Below, in pieces: positions 1-12,763 of a stretch of DNA of 64,000 bases; position 1 is the stretch's first letter; every line of letters begins with the position of its first letter. The notes under the pieces are model-generated. The model was not told the DNA's origin and did no database searches. It saw only the letters and a program-made list of their open reading frames with translations. The translations under genes were made by a program, and so were the position numbers. Where the stretch lies: the NCBI GenBank assembly GCA_035084275.1, contig CM068756.1, forward strand, positions 9,424,001-9,488,000, in the 5' to 3' direction. The stretch comes from Hydrolagus colliei. Lineage: Eukaryota.

Positions 1-656
1 AAGTAGTAATTTTGCTTCAACTATATTTTAAACTCAAGGCACTTCTGACTCCAACATGCATTACAGGCTGCAGTCTGGTAATCACTCTGGAGTCAGAATG
101 TCTATTGGTCATCAGCCTATAATTTACAATATTCTTTAAGAAAATACAATATTTTTTAGTTTGAAAATCTATTTTTCCAAGAAGTTACCTACCATTGAAA
201 TTTTTTATTTAAAATATATTTGAACTAAACAGAAGAAATGCGCATTCAGACAACATAAAATAGGCTACCTAAAGAACATGAATGTTTTGCTGTTATTTTT
301 ATGCAAATATATTACATTAAAGAAACTCATCATTTAGGATGAAAAAATTAAACATTTTATGACAAAAGATCACACTCAAAATGTTAAGTTGTCTTTTTTC
401 TTTCAGATTCTGTTCAACTTAGATGTGCAGCATTCTTAAATTTTAACTAACAAATATGTGTCTGGGATTTACATTTTTTTGGTCATTTTCGCTAAATGGT
501 GGATATATTTTAAAGTTCATTTGAATTTGAAGGTGTACAAAATACAATAGTTTGGTAAGAAAAGAAAGTACAATACTTTCTTCATGCTAAGATAAGATAT
601 TATTTACTCATACATATTATTTCATTGTATTGCATATTACTATTGCGTATTGCATA

Positions 657-1558
657 GTAATAGTAAATAGTGAGGAGGATAGTAGCCATCTGCAAGAGGA
701 TATAGACAAATTGGTAAAGTGGGCAGACACATGGCAGATGAAGTTTAATGCAGAGAAGTGTGAGGTGATGCATTTTGGGAGAAGAAATGAAGGGAGGCAA
801 TATAGGCTAGATAGTACCATTTTAAATGGTGTGAAGGAACAGAGAGACCTGGGGATTTGTGTTAGTGACTCGTTGAAGGTGGCAGGACAGGTAGACAAGG
901 CTGTTAAGAAGGCATATGGGATACTAGGCTTTAGAAATAGGGGTATAGAGTACAAAAGTCAGGAAGTGCTGACTAACCTCTATAAGACTTTGGTGAGGCC
1001 TCAGCTGGAATACTGTGTTCAATTCTGGTCACCACACTACAGAAAGGATGTGAAGGCATTGGAAAGGGTACAACGAAGATATACTAGGATGGTGCCAGGA
1101 TTGAGGGACTTCAGCTATGAGGAGAGGCTAGATAGGCTAGGGTTATTCTCTCTGGAGCAGAGAAGATTGAGGGGAGACCTAATAGAGGTTTATAAGATCA
1201 TGAGGGGTTTCGACAGGGCAAATAGAGAAAAACTATTTCCACTCGTGGGTGAATCTGTGACTCGTGGTCACAGATTTAAAATAGGTTCAAGGCGAAGTAG
1301 AGGGGAGCTGAGGAGAAATTTTTTCACTCAGCGAGTTGTTCGAATCTGGAATGCATTGCCTGAAAAGGTGGTGGAGGCTGATTCGATAACAACTTTTAAA
1401 AGGGAATTAGATCTTTATTTAGGGAGAACAGGTCTATTAGGCTATGGGGAGCGGGCAGGGCAGTGGGATTGAATCGCTCTTTTCAAAGAGCCGGCACAGA
1501 CTAGATGGGCCGAATGGCCTCCTTTTGTGCCGTAAAATTCTATGAATCTATGAATCTA
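657..1558 (+). mobile_element. CR1/L3 LINE, 5'-truncated: C-terminal part of ORF2 reverse transcriptase plus 3' UTR and tail
   Basis: ORF 630-1472 has CR1 motifs (WQMKFNAEKCEVMHFG, YKTLVRPQLEYCVQFWSP, LEQRRLRGDLIEVYKI, FFTQRVVRIWNALP); 3' end has GGGCCGAATGGCCT and an ATTCTATG/AATCTATG repeat tail. Confidence 0.95.
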
Positions 1559-2480
1559 ATCTATTTGATAATGGCTCAGTAAAATAACTGCATGTGAAAC
1601 AATTTTGCTGAAACTGTTGTTACTGAATATGTTGTTTAATTCTCACCATTACCGGTAATTCAAAAGCTGTCATGTTTTCAAATGATTTGATAATATTTGA
1701 AGGAATTTGCAGCTTTGGAGCTTTAATGGGGAGCTCAAACCTGTACCTAGCGGGCAGATACATTGCAGATTTTTTGTCAACAATTACATTTGCAGCTTTG
1801 GCAATACAACACTGATGACTACTAAAAAAAACAAAAAAAAGTACAGTACATCAATTTTATGAGTAATTTTCTGAAGCTAAGGTAAAAGTATATTTTGGTA
1901 GAGCAAAGAAAAACTTTACTGCGCATTTAGTCTGTAACTTCTGCCCCAAATTGAAATTCTTCCATTTCCAGGTAATTACATTCTCACCTGACAGAGAACT
2001 TGCAGAGCCAAGCTCACCTGCCTTTAATAAGTGAGATTTCCAGATGTTCATCAGATTGCTAGCTGTAACATTGTGAGTTACATGAACATTCCAAGAAATA
2101 CAAAGGAAAATCCTCAGTCCTAAGCAATCTAAAGAGACTGAAAAATGAAGAAAATATAAATAAAAAACAAGCCTGGCAGGGAAACCAGTGGCAAACCCTA
2201 ATGGATGTTAACCAACCTATTGGTGCCATGCTTTGTCACTTAATTAAATTCAGCCCTCCTTATAAGTACTGAAGTTCATAACGCAGCAAACATTTTGTTG
2301 ACTACTTTTCAATGGCATTTGATCTACCATGGGTGACACCAACATGCACATTAGAATTTAACTATGAAAAAGGGTAGAGAACTACCTTTATTTATGTTTG
2401 ATAATAAAATAATCTACCTCAAAAAGTTATGACTCATTCCTGGATTGGTCATTTGGAAGTAAATAATAACTCAAATTCAG

Positions 2481-2655
2481 CAATAATAAATAATCCTTGC
2501 ATTTAATATAGTGCAAGTTCAAAATATCACAAAGTACTTCACAGAATATACTGTAAAGTGAATTGACTGAATATTTTGAGGGCGAAACGTAGAAGCTAAT
2601 TGCGAACAGCAATGTCCCACAAACAGTCATGGACTGAGTGACCAAACTATTTTTT
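2481..2655 (-). mobile_element. 3' half of a tRNA-derived Deu-type SINE
   Basis: (TAA)n tail, CCTTGCATTT and CAGCAATGTCCCACAAACAGTC core shared with the full copies at 12218 and 50723. Confidence 0.85.
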
Positions 2656-4009
2656 TTGATGGATTATCTCTGGAAAAGCGATCTGCCAATCGACTAACAA
2701 GCAGGATACTGCCCCCTCCCCACATATACATGTAAAACCTACTCTTAGAATGGCAACAGTTGCAATTTTAAGCTAGAGTCACATACCAATGTTTCTCATC
2801 GTATCAAATCTGTCACTTAACTTAATGTCCTGCTCCTTTGCCCTAGTCACCAGTTAGGTGTCTTGTATTGGCATGTCTTCATAGAGTCAGTGGTCCAACA
2901 GAGTTTGTAATTAGGTTGATGTACAGCACCAGTGCACTCATTATACTGAGCACTCGGAAGACTGCCCCTGAAAGAAAGCACGAGTGTGGGGTATTGTGAG
3001 AACCTGGTGGTTCAGCCAGCCAAGGGATTGGAGGCTCAGCAGGTCTCAATGTCGGTACTGATTTAATATAGCACTCATTTTAAATGTAGGAATCAGAACA
3101 GGATCATGCAATGAGGAAACTGAATACTATTCTCAAAATTCAGAGTTGCAAATTATTTATGCAGAACATTATATAACTAAACAAATCCATCAGAATACAA
3201 AATCATTCTTGTAAATTTTATTTTGGCTTCATAGAAGCACAGATTGTGGCTTAATACAAAAACTCCATTGACTTATAAGTTTCACCAACTTCTTTTGCCT
3301 AGTTTATCATAACTCAGTTTCATACTGACCAGCAGAAATTATTTCAGATTTTGTCTTACTTAAAATAATATATAAAACTATTTTATAACAACATTTGCTG
3401 TATGCTGGGAGTTGTAGTTTGATAGCAGACACAAAATCCAGTGGACGTGGAATCAGATTCCAACTCTCAGCATGCATAGCAAGGCTTTTAGCCAACCAGA
3501 AAACAGAGGCCACTCTTAGAAATTCACGTTCCCTTGGTAACCGTCCTTTGCTGTCAGACCATCAATAACAGATCAGTCTATAGAGGCTTATTAATTCATT
3601 AGAATTGTTGCAATTTACTCAAATTTTACTCAACCAAATTACTAAAAGAAAAAGGTTTCAGATCTTATGCAAACTAATACAATATAGTTTATTTGCCCAT
3701 GGAAAGCTATATTCAATGTTAAATGGAAAAGCAATGTATCTGCAATACATTGCAGAAGCTTAGTAGATTTGGTTGAGAGGGAGAAAACTGTCCAAACTTA
3801 AATGAACAATGTAAGAGATGAATTTCAGTTCTCATCTTAAGAGGTAGCAAAGTACTGAGTCTGCACTCCAAAAGTTATTTCAATCACAAAAATGTTCAAC
3901 AATACAACTGTGGTTTGCACTCTGAAAAGTATGCGACAAAAGTACTCAATACTTCAGGTATGCTGGATAGCACCTAACGCTGACTTTCCTGCCTTCACCC
4001 TCAACACTG

Positions 4010-4300
4010 CTGTCCTGAATGAGCCTTAATTTTCTCTAACTCAAGAGTCGACAAACCCGAGACGATTCTGCTCCACTTCATTTGGTTCCACCACTAGCCG
4101 CTCTCTCCAGTCTTCACAACTCTGATTCATGCCCCTTTCCCACTCCTCCTCACAAACAGAGATGAGCTTTCAGCCAATTTGACATTGCTTTCTGAAATCC
4201 CTCTCTCCAACATGCTCTTACCTTTTTACCTTTTCTGCTTTCAAAACCCGATTAAACACCTATCACTTTGACATTGCCTTCAGCTGTACCCCCACCTCCA
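4010..4300 (+). mobile_element. Degenerate L2-like LINE 3' fragment
   Basis: Pyrimidine-rich; gctttcagcc...tttcaaaacc...cactttgacattgcctt resembles the AFS..LWN..FK..LKT.LF end of L2 ORF2. Confidence 0.4.
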
Positions 4301-5329
4301 ATACTCCCCTCCCAGACTCGAGTTCCCATTCCCAAGTGGCATAACTATAATAGTACAGTTAGGCTAGGGACAACAAGGCTATGGCGGCCCAACCCATTGA
4401 TTGGGAGAGTTATCGTGGTGGAAACATACCTTTGTCCCGTCCCATTCACCCACCCCCACCCCCCGCCTGCTAATATTTGAGCCATATTAGAAATATCTAC
4501 CTGTGTTTTGGACTCAAAGCCAGTTGTTTTTAATTCAGAGGCTCCACTGGTCCACTCCCAACAAATTCCTCCATTTCCTTTTATGATATGGCTACATCAG
4601 CCTGGGGAGAGAATATGACTTGTGGTCTCTCACTCTCCATTTTGAACAAGTATGCGCTTTGCCGGGGAAACAGGGAACATAACACAAGGAGATGGATTGG
4701 GAGACTTTTTTCCAAAACGGTAAAGATAAGCAAAATTTTTGATTTCAGAACCGGAAAGGGGCCTCTAAATCATTCGTGTACCAGGGACTCTTGAGGCCTA
4801 GTTACCCCATTGCCTCTCTGCTTCTGTAAATTTCGTTTTTAGACCGTGAATTTTTTTTATTTTTTCCAACCGTGAAGGGTATCATATGAATGCAAACGGT
4901 TGTTTTTGTAGAAAAAAACACAATTCCAGTGATGGGGTATTTTTTTAAAGTGCTCTTTCAAGGTACAATACCAATTCTAATAAAGTACATGGAAGCATTT
5001 ATGTATTTCAAAACATATATCGACTTAAAATTCAAATCATCATATTTTGTGGATGGTGTGGATTATTCTTTGCATTTTCAGGCCATCCTACCTCTGACAA
5101 GTGATCTTTCTGAGCAACATGCAGCATGAAAGAAATATTTTATTCCATAAACGTAAATCATTAAAAGGTGTGCTCTGATCTCAAAATGACTTTTGGCAAC
5201 ACCTCACAGAACAAACAGCTCCTGCATTAATATTAAAGCTGTTTTATGTGTATATGATATAAATGCCGAAGTAAAAAAACATGAGAGAGCAAGGCTATCT
5301 ATCACTTACAGTAGGCCCATTTGCAGTCG

Positions 5330-6080
5330 TCACATTCAGATAGGGCACTGAATTTTCTAATGATCTGTTCATAAGCAGCAGCATTTCATGACCCAGCAGT
5401 GAAGAATGGAAAGCCTCCTGCTATGAGCTGAATGGAACCCTTTAGTTGGCTCCTTGAAGAGCTCATTTTCGCATTACTCAGGCTTCATTATGCTGAATCA
5501 ATATTCGTTTAGTCACTGAGGTTATTGACATATTTTAAAATAAAAGTATACCCTTCAGCTATTGCACTCATTACAGGTAATTTGTCTTGTCAGGGAGCAG
5601 GGAATATTATCGCAGTCTTTCGAGGACTGACAGCTCATGGAAATACCTCCCCATGGTTACAACTGTAAATAATTTTGTGGTAAAATATTGAAAAATCAAT
5701 GACTGTTTCCTGCAATCTGTCACAAACAAATCAATCATAATCTGCACAGTCAGGGAGTGTGATATAGGGAGGGAAGGGAGCAGATGCAATCTTCCAGTGA
5801 AATCTCTCATTTCAAAATCACTTCACATAATGGTGTCATCATTTAAACACTTAACAGTCATTGGAACTGCCGCTCACAGCGTGGAATGGGAAAACCATGA
5901 GAAGGAGAAAAGCCATCACTGTTGTATAAACAAACATTTAATTTAAATGGCTTTTGCATTAGCTGGTTGTATAAGTGAGGCCAACTACCTGTCAATATTA
6001 CATAGCAGTTTTTCTGCTAATCAATTATGTATGGCTCACATGAAGCACATGAACAATTTCACTGCAAATTAGCTCCTGTA
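5330..6080. promoter_or_regulatory. Candidate conserved non-coding element in a Sowah intron
   Basis: Repeat-free; Pbx-Hox TGATTGAT (5730-5737, -) next to Meis CTGTCA (5717-5722); TGACAG at 5628; many TAAT cores. Confidence 0.45.
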
Positions 6081-7737
6081 GGAACTTAAAGACTTTGATA
6101 TTCATAGGTTCTATAAAAGTAAGAATTCGACTTAACTGTTTTTGCTAGATACTATGAATATTGTTATTGCCTTACTCTAGTCTTCACAAAATAAAAATAC
6201 CTGTAGTGAATATGTGGCATATCAATTTAATCTGATAAGTAATGAATATATGAATTCACAATAGCATTCTATAGAGTCATATGTATCTATGAGCTGTATA
6301 ATAATCCAGTGCATTGTGGAAAAAAAGCACAGATGACTTGTCTTTCACCTCAAGTCACAGGTTTCAATACCCATAGGAGGAAGATGATGAAAAAATCTCT
6401 GTCTATTGCCGGAGGCCAAATGTATTGGACTGGCGACTATTATGCAGCTACTTAGAGGACTAAAGGTTTTGTGAACAACATGGAACAAAACATTGACAGA
6501 TACTGCATAGTGCACATACTCAACTCTGCCATGGATTATGGATGTTTCTCTGCAGTTTTTTTTAGTTTTTTTTAACCCAAATAATATTTGTCTCTTATGT
6601 TCCCTGGTTTCCCACATTTATATACTGGCTTTATATCATCTGAAAAGGCAAAGTAAAATGTATATAAATGATATAATCAATACTCAGCTACAATTGTTTT
6701 TGAAACTGACCAAAATCCCAGTTTGAAACTGACCATTTCACCCAGGAGTACAATATATATTATATATACAGTATATCTATATTTGTATGTTCATGTATAT
6801 TTCAATGTTTCTCCAAGTGTACTACGTTTCTTTTGATTACAAATGCCTTGCAATATTGTTTGAATTTATTTATCATTAACAAAGTACTACTGTAAAGTAT
6901 ACAGTACTGTAAATTTATATAATTATAATTCATGGTAACCTGTGACATATTATTTTAAGTTCTACATAACTGATTTGCACTGAAGAATCTCAATCAATGT
7001 AAAGCAGCATTATTGGAAATAAAGTTGATAATTATGCCTGCCGTGAATTTTTATATATACTTTATTCACATAAGTGTGAAAAAAAAGTTGTACATTTTCG
7101 AAGGGATGCTTTCCGTGCTAAACAGAGCCTTTACTAATTGTGAAAATCATCTTATTTGCTGCAGCCTTATGCTGGAAGTCTCATCTGGCAGAGAATCATG
7201 CATCCAGGGAGGCAAGATTAGGGAGTTCAAATGACAGGGGAAAGAGAAACAGTACTTCACTTCTGAGAGGAAAGTTAGAGGGTACCGCTGGTATCGACCT
7301 GCTAAATATTTAAGTATACCAACAATATAATTTGGGGGGCAAGGTGGCGGAGAGATAATGCTTAATATTTCTAACAGGTGAGTTCAAAACCAGGCCCAAA
7401 CAATGTGCTAAAAGTTGCATTGCTTCACTGGCTCTAAGGGTGAAATTGTTTGTCTCAACTGTTTGTAATAATCACAGCACAGTGTGAGAGAAGCCATAAG
7501 AATGACTAGTCTGGGAATGAAAGGTCACACTGATATGTTAGAGGTTCTCTGCTGTGAGTGCAACTGACATACATTGTTGGGTATTAAGAACAGAATAGAA
7601 CAAGCCTCACAGCATAGCTTAGAAAAGAGCAAACTTTATACCACAACTTGTAGCACATGATATAAACATAGGAAGTGTTCACTTCCCTAGCACCAATATA
7701 CAGTATTTCACTTTAATGAACATAAAACATCTTAAAC

Positions 7738-7866
7738 AAAAACAGAAGTCACTGGGAACACTCGGCAGGTCAGGGAGCATCTATGGAGAAAGGAAAGTAA
7801 GTAAACGTTTCAGGTCCACGACCCTACTTTCCAGATTTCCAGCATCTGCAGTATTTTGCATTTTGT
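7738..7866. repeat. Short chondrichthyan-type interspersed repeat remnant, possibly Penelope-associated
   Basis: aaaacagaag..ctgggaacactcggcaggtcagggagcatctatggaga..aacgtttcaggtc..ccagcatctgcagtattttg resembles a common shark repeat as I recall it. Confidence 0.4.
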
Positions 7867-8177
7867 CAAAACATCTTAAAGTTAATGCAATAATAGAAGG
7901 ATATTAAGCAGGATCTTCATTGTTAATACAGCAACATGTTTCACAACTGGAGCAGGTTCCCAAATGAAGCTGTCTATGCATGAGTAGTCTAGACAGATAT
8001 TTCAGGTAAGAATGGATCAACATATATAGAAAGGGAGCCTAAATGTGCAGTAACAGTGGTGTGACAGAATGCAGCATTGATTAAATAAACTCCTGTGTTG
8101 CTAGGGTTTCAGGCCTCCCTTAAAGAGATTGCTCTGCCTCATCCCATCCCTTGCCTCCTTCAAGGACCTCCTCCTTA

Positions 8178-8420
8178 TGATAATAATAATAATCCTTGCA
8201 TTTGATAAAGCACTTTTCACATCTTCTAGACATCTCAAAGCACTTCACAGAATATAATGTAAAGTGAATTGACTGTACATTTGTGGGTGAAATGTGGCAG
8301 CCGATTGCGCACAGCAGTGTCCCACAAACTGTCTTGGATTGAAATGACCAATGTTTTTTTTGAAGAATTCTTATTAGGCATGCGGAGTAAGGAAATTTGC
8401 CTAAGGTTTCACCCTAATTT
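8178..8420 (-). mobile_element. Deu-type tRNA-SINE lacking most of the head
   Basis: (TAA)n tail, GCAGCCGATTGCGCACAGCAGTGTCCCACAAAC core, ATTAGGCATGCGGAGTAAGGAAA linker as in the 12218 copy. Confidence 0.88.
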
Positions 8421-8582
8421 GCTTTTATTTGACCATGCTTTTGATCTACCTCCTTCCGCCTCTGCCCTCCACCCTCCCCAATTCCTACTCCAGCTCAGGT
8501 CTCGAATACTGTCTGTCCAGTGCCTTGGGAAGTCCTCAAGATGTGAAAGATGTGATACAAATGTAATTTTGTTGATGTTGCT
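8421..8582 (+). mobile_element. L2-like 3' end with (TTG)n tail
   Basis: tttgaccatgctttt...gtgccttggga...gtgaaag..atacaaatgtaattttgttgatgttg. Confidence 0.5.
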
Positions 8583-11500
8583 CACCTATCTTCTGGAATC
8601 GAGAAGAAATTTTCCATACCAGCCTTGGGATTTCTTGGTTTTCTCTATCTTTTTCTGGAAAGGTGGTGTGGTGTGGTGAAAGGAAGAGGTGACACCCGGG
8701 TGACCAATAAACAATAAAGAATAGTCCAAGTACTGTATTGGGTGTGATGGACAATAATGTCTATCACAATGATTTGAAATCTTGTAGTACACTAAAACAA
8801 TTAGAAAAAAGTGTTTATAAAAGTTGATATTGTGCAAACCGATGCAATTTTTCACTACACTTTGCAAATTTCGCAATAAAATAAATGGGACATATGGCCC
8901 ACCAAAAGTGCAATTGCTTCCCAGCAGTTAGCATACTACAGTACAATGGCACTTTTCCAATAGCTACTTTTCTTTCACTTAACTAATAAAAAAAACTTTT
9001 GAAATCTAATCCCATGAGTCAATGTAAGTCAAAAAAGTACTTTACTTAATTAAAAAATTTAAGTCATTAGCAGACTTACTTTCAGCCTGTAGTAATATTT
9101 GAGATGTAAGGATTTCAAGCTTATTATATATTGCAGCAATTATAAATTGGCACCTTGAATTCCATGTATAATTTTTAAAAATTCAATAATGACTAGAATC
9201 ACTTTGCTGATGAAACAGGCCACAGATTTTTTTCTGTTTCATCAGCAACACTAAGTTTACAGCACTACCCAATCTGGTTACAATAAAGAAATAAAACAAA
9301 CATTATAACAGATGTTGGATTTAATAAACTGAATATTTTAAATGTGTGAATATTTTAAAAAGGTTTAGTGGGTTAATTCAAAACACTTATAAATAATTGG
9401 AATGAACAAAGATAGTGTCATTGTAACAAACCAAATAAATGAGAACGAAATCATATGAATATTAATTGTTTTTGAAAATAATATGTTGCCAGATTCCCTC
9501 TCAATCCTTACAAATTAAATAACATATTTTACTATTAATGTTAAATAGTGTCAAAGCCACATGTTGGGTGAACAATGTAAATGTATTCTTCTATGCCAAA
9601 CGTAAACCTTTTATTTGATCATGGCTTTTATAACAGATTGTGACATTTCAATGAACTCTCATAAAACAGTGACATATTAGTAGATATGTAACATTGTTTT
9701 TGAAACTTTCTCTGATGAAGATCATCTGCTAATCAAACAATGATTGCCTGTCACATGGTGTTAACAAATGGCACATACACAGTGATAGCACATCTTTAAT
9801 TCTCCATCACTGCCATTTTAAAACAATACATACAGTACTTGGGTACAGAGCCTTAATGGTTGCTTAAAATTTAGCAAGTAGAGATTCTGATGCAGGTAGA
9901 GATTCTGGTGTAGACATATTCTAAGTAGAAGAATATATTCCTTCAGCTTCCAAAACTCGTGTTCAATGTTTTTTGCCATGAATGCACCTGTTGCGCAAAA
10001 ATACCAACTTAATAATATAAAAATATACGTTATCCTGACAAATACCAGTGCGATATGTCAAACCTGAGTTTATTCCACAAGAATGATACAAATGTATTTT
10101 CCTAATCTGATCTACTTATGTAATAATTATACTGTACTTGCATTTGATACAGTGTCATATAAAGATGTCTAGGTGCCTTGGTGTCAGGCTCAAGTACTGT
10201 ACTCTGAAACACTATACTAATCATAATGCTTCATGGGATATACCGCAGAAGTGGTGTGACTGTATTTTTGGCCAAAAGCACAATTCTCATATCACATCAT
10301 AGATAGGTTATTTGATTTACAATATGATTTCTTTCCCATTAACACTTTTCATGCTTCTTGATTTATTTTGCATTGATAACAGTATTGAGCTTGTTTTAAA
10401 CTATTGCAACAAAACAATTGCCTTCTAAGACTATGCTACCATTTAGTGTTTGACTTCTGGCCTGCTTAAGTCTCGATTGGATCACTGCAGACCTGACTGG
10501 TTTTGCGAAGCATCCTTAAGGTCAGTTGAACCCAAGCAAAATCCTGCTAACCTCACTTCTCCCAAATATCCAGATATTTTAAACCTTGCATCCATTTTAT
10601 CATCCGTAAAATGGTACATTATAGTATATTCAAACCAGCTCAACTAAATTACCTGGGATATTAGGTTATGAACTGTGATCAATTTGGTGTCTTAGATGTG
10701 GACTGCCTTCAGTTAGCTGAACAAATAAAGCAGTGATCAGATAAATTTGCATCTCAGAAAGACACGAGGAAGAAAAAGGTTGTGCTGAAGAGATCAAGAA
10801 AATTATCACCATCGAAGGTATATGATCTCTGAGGGAGATTTTGGTGGACTTTAAATTGATATGGATCGAGCTCATCGAGAGATCACCATCATTTTTATGA
10901 ATTTGTAAATGAAACTTACATTGGTATCAGTGACCTGGTTCTTAAGGAAGATCACAAATGATGTGATACTTTCATGAATAGGCCTGAACTCATCATAATC
11001 GGACTTCAATTTCTTGTTAATCAATCATTGGTTTCTGGGAATCTAGCTGTCGCTGGACACTAATTTTTAAGACTGGGTTGTACACTACTTTTTAAATAAA
11101 ACCATTACCCCCAATTTTCTAACTTGTCTTTACTATTTTCGTTACGAAGATTAAGGTGAATAATATTTTGAAGGGGAGAATAAGAAATACAAAGAAAAAT
11201 ATTATTAACGGGACTATAACATGAAAGTCCTCAGCTCTACAAAATATATTTAACTAGGTTTTCTTCCATGATGTATATGGAGTTGTCATACACATGTATA
11301 ATATTAGTCAGCAAAAAAACAGCCTTCAAATATTTTGTAACAAAATGACAAAAAGAACACAGGACAAAATAAAAAACTTTATAAATATAAATGTCTTTAT
11401 TTGTGAATTTTAAACAGTGTTTAATGTTTTCACTATTACACTCTGTGGCACAAAATAGCACTAAATATTAAAAATGGGTGAAAGACTGTACCATGACAAT

Positions 11501-12217
11501 ATGACATCACTGGTTCTCAAGTTAGTGAAACCCAACAAATAAATTTGTTGAAATCATGCATTTGGATTTTAAATGGATGGAGAGAAGCATTCTCTATATA
11601 TAATGAAGAGACAAAATTCCATCTCACACATATTTATGTTAAAATAAGTTCACAAACAGAATGGCGATTTCGCTAGACATGAACACAGTTCTCGATTTAA
11701 AAAAAACGTTCTTCCAACAATACGTTAAAAGAGTTGCAGCCAATATTTCTGCTTTCATGACATACTCTCACATTTGTTCATGCTGTTAATTAATATAATC
11801 ATAAACACCTATTTAGACATTCCGCGTCTAACCACCGTTATCAATCATAACAACCACAAAATCCATGATTTACACTTAAATATACACTCAATGATAAGAC
11901 ATTAATAATCTTGCTTCTATATAATAATGTCAATACATCTAAACAGGTTGTAAAGCAAACTAAGTTGGAAGTGAACCGAATTTAATATAATTATAAAACA
12001 CTCAATGTTCTAACATTAATTGAAATGCAACCTGGAATTTTTGATCAAATTACATAACAACCCACCAAAAATGTATGTTATAAATACATATGAGTATATA
12101 CGTTAATCTTTTGCCTATAAATGGACATAAGCCAAAAATATTGTAAGAACATAAGAATTTGCTAGACAAAAGAAGACCAAGGTCCATTTAGTAACCTTCC
12201 ATCAACCTGGAAGTCAC

Positions 12218-12549
12218 TTAATAATAATAATAATCCTTGCATTTGATACAGCGCTTTTCATATCTTATCGACATCTCAAAGCGCTTCACAGAATATACTG
12301 TAAAGTGAATTGACTGTATATTTGATGGGCGAATCGCAGCAGCCAATTGCGCACGGCAGTGTCCCACAAACAGTCGTGGATTGAAATGACCAATTTTTAT
12401 TATTGTGTTTTTTTTGTTCGACGGATTTTTATTAGGCATGTGGAGTAAGGAAACATGCCCACAGTTTTGCCCTGATCTGTCTTGATTCGAACACAGGTTT
12501 CACTCTTGTAAGGCCAGTACTCTAACTGCTGAGCTACAGGAACTCCACA
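12218..12549 (-). mobile_element. Full-length tRNA-derived Deu-type SINE
   Basis: Minus strand starts GTGGAGTTCCTGTAGCTCAGC (A box), then GTTCGAATC (B box), Deu-like core and (TTA)n tail; abuts a CR1-type tail at ~12145-12215. Confidence 0.9.
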
Positions 12550-12588
12550 CTCGACATGTTGTGTCCCAAACTATGTACAATAACTTAC

Positions 12589-12763
12589 TGGGTAGCCCTT
12601 CCTGGGTAGCTTCTTGGAGTGCTTAAACTGTATCCCAAGATACTATTTTCTGGCAGAAATGATTCTAATTTGTTCTTTAAACAAAAAAATATTCTGCTTC
12701 CGGTATTATTATCATTATTGTTGAGCACATGTAACATTTTGATCATTGCATTTGTTCCAAAAC
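12589..12763 (-). CDS. Candidate internal exon of the Sowah-like gene (phase 1 to phase 2)
   Basis: tttatttcag acceptor, CA|gtaagt donor, open frame FGTNAMIKMLHVLNNNDNNTGSRIFFCLKNKLESFLPENSILGYSLSTPRSYPGRAT; no homology recognised. Confidence 0.3.

Noticed and set aside
9207-9248. CTGATGA hammerhead ribozyme core
   Set aside because: No GAAA after a stem II; the motif is locked in the hairpin
10920-11045. Minus-strand exon ending at a gtaagt donor
   Set aside because: Stops in all three frames after the best acceptor
12470-12549. tRNA gene (also 50723-50795)
   Set aside because: A and B boxes are SINE heads continuous with the SINE body
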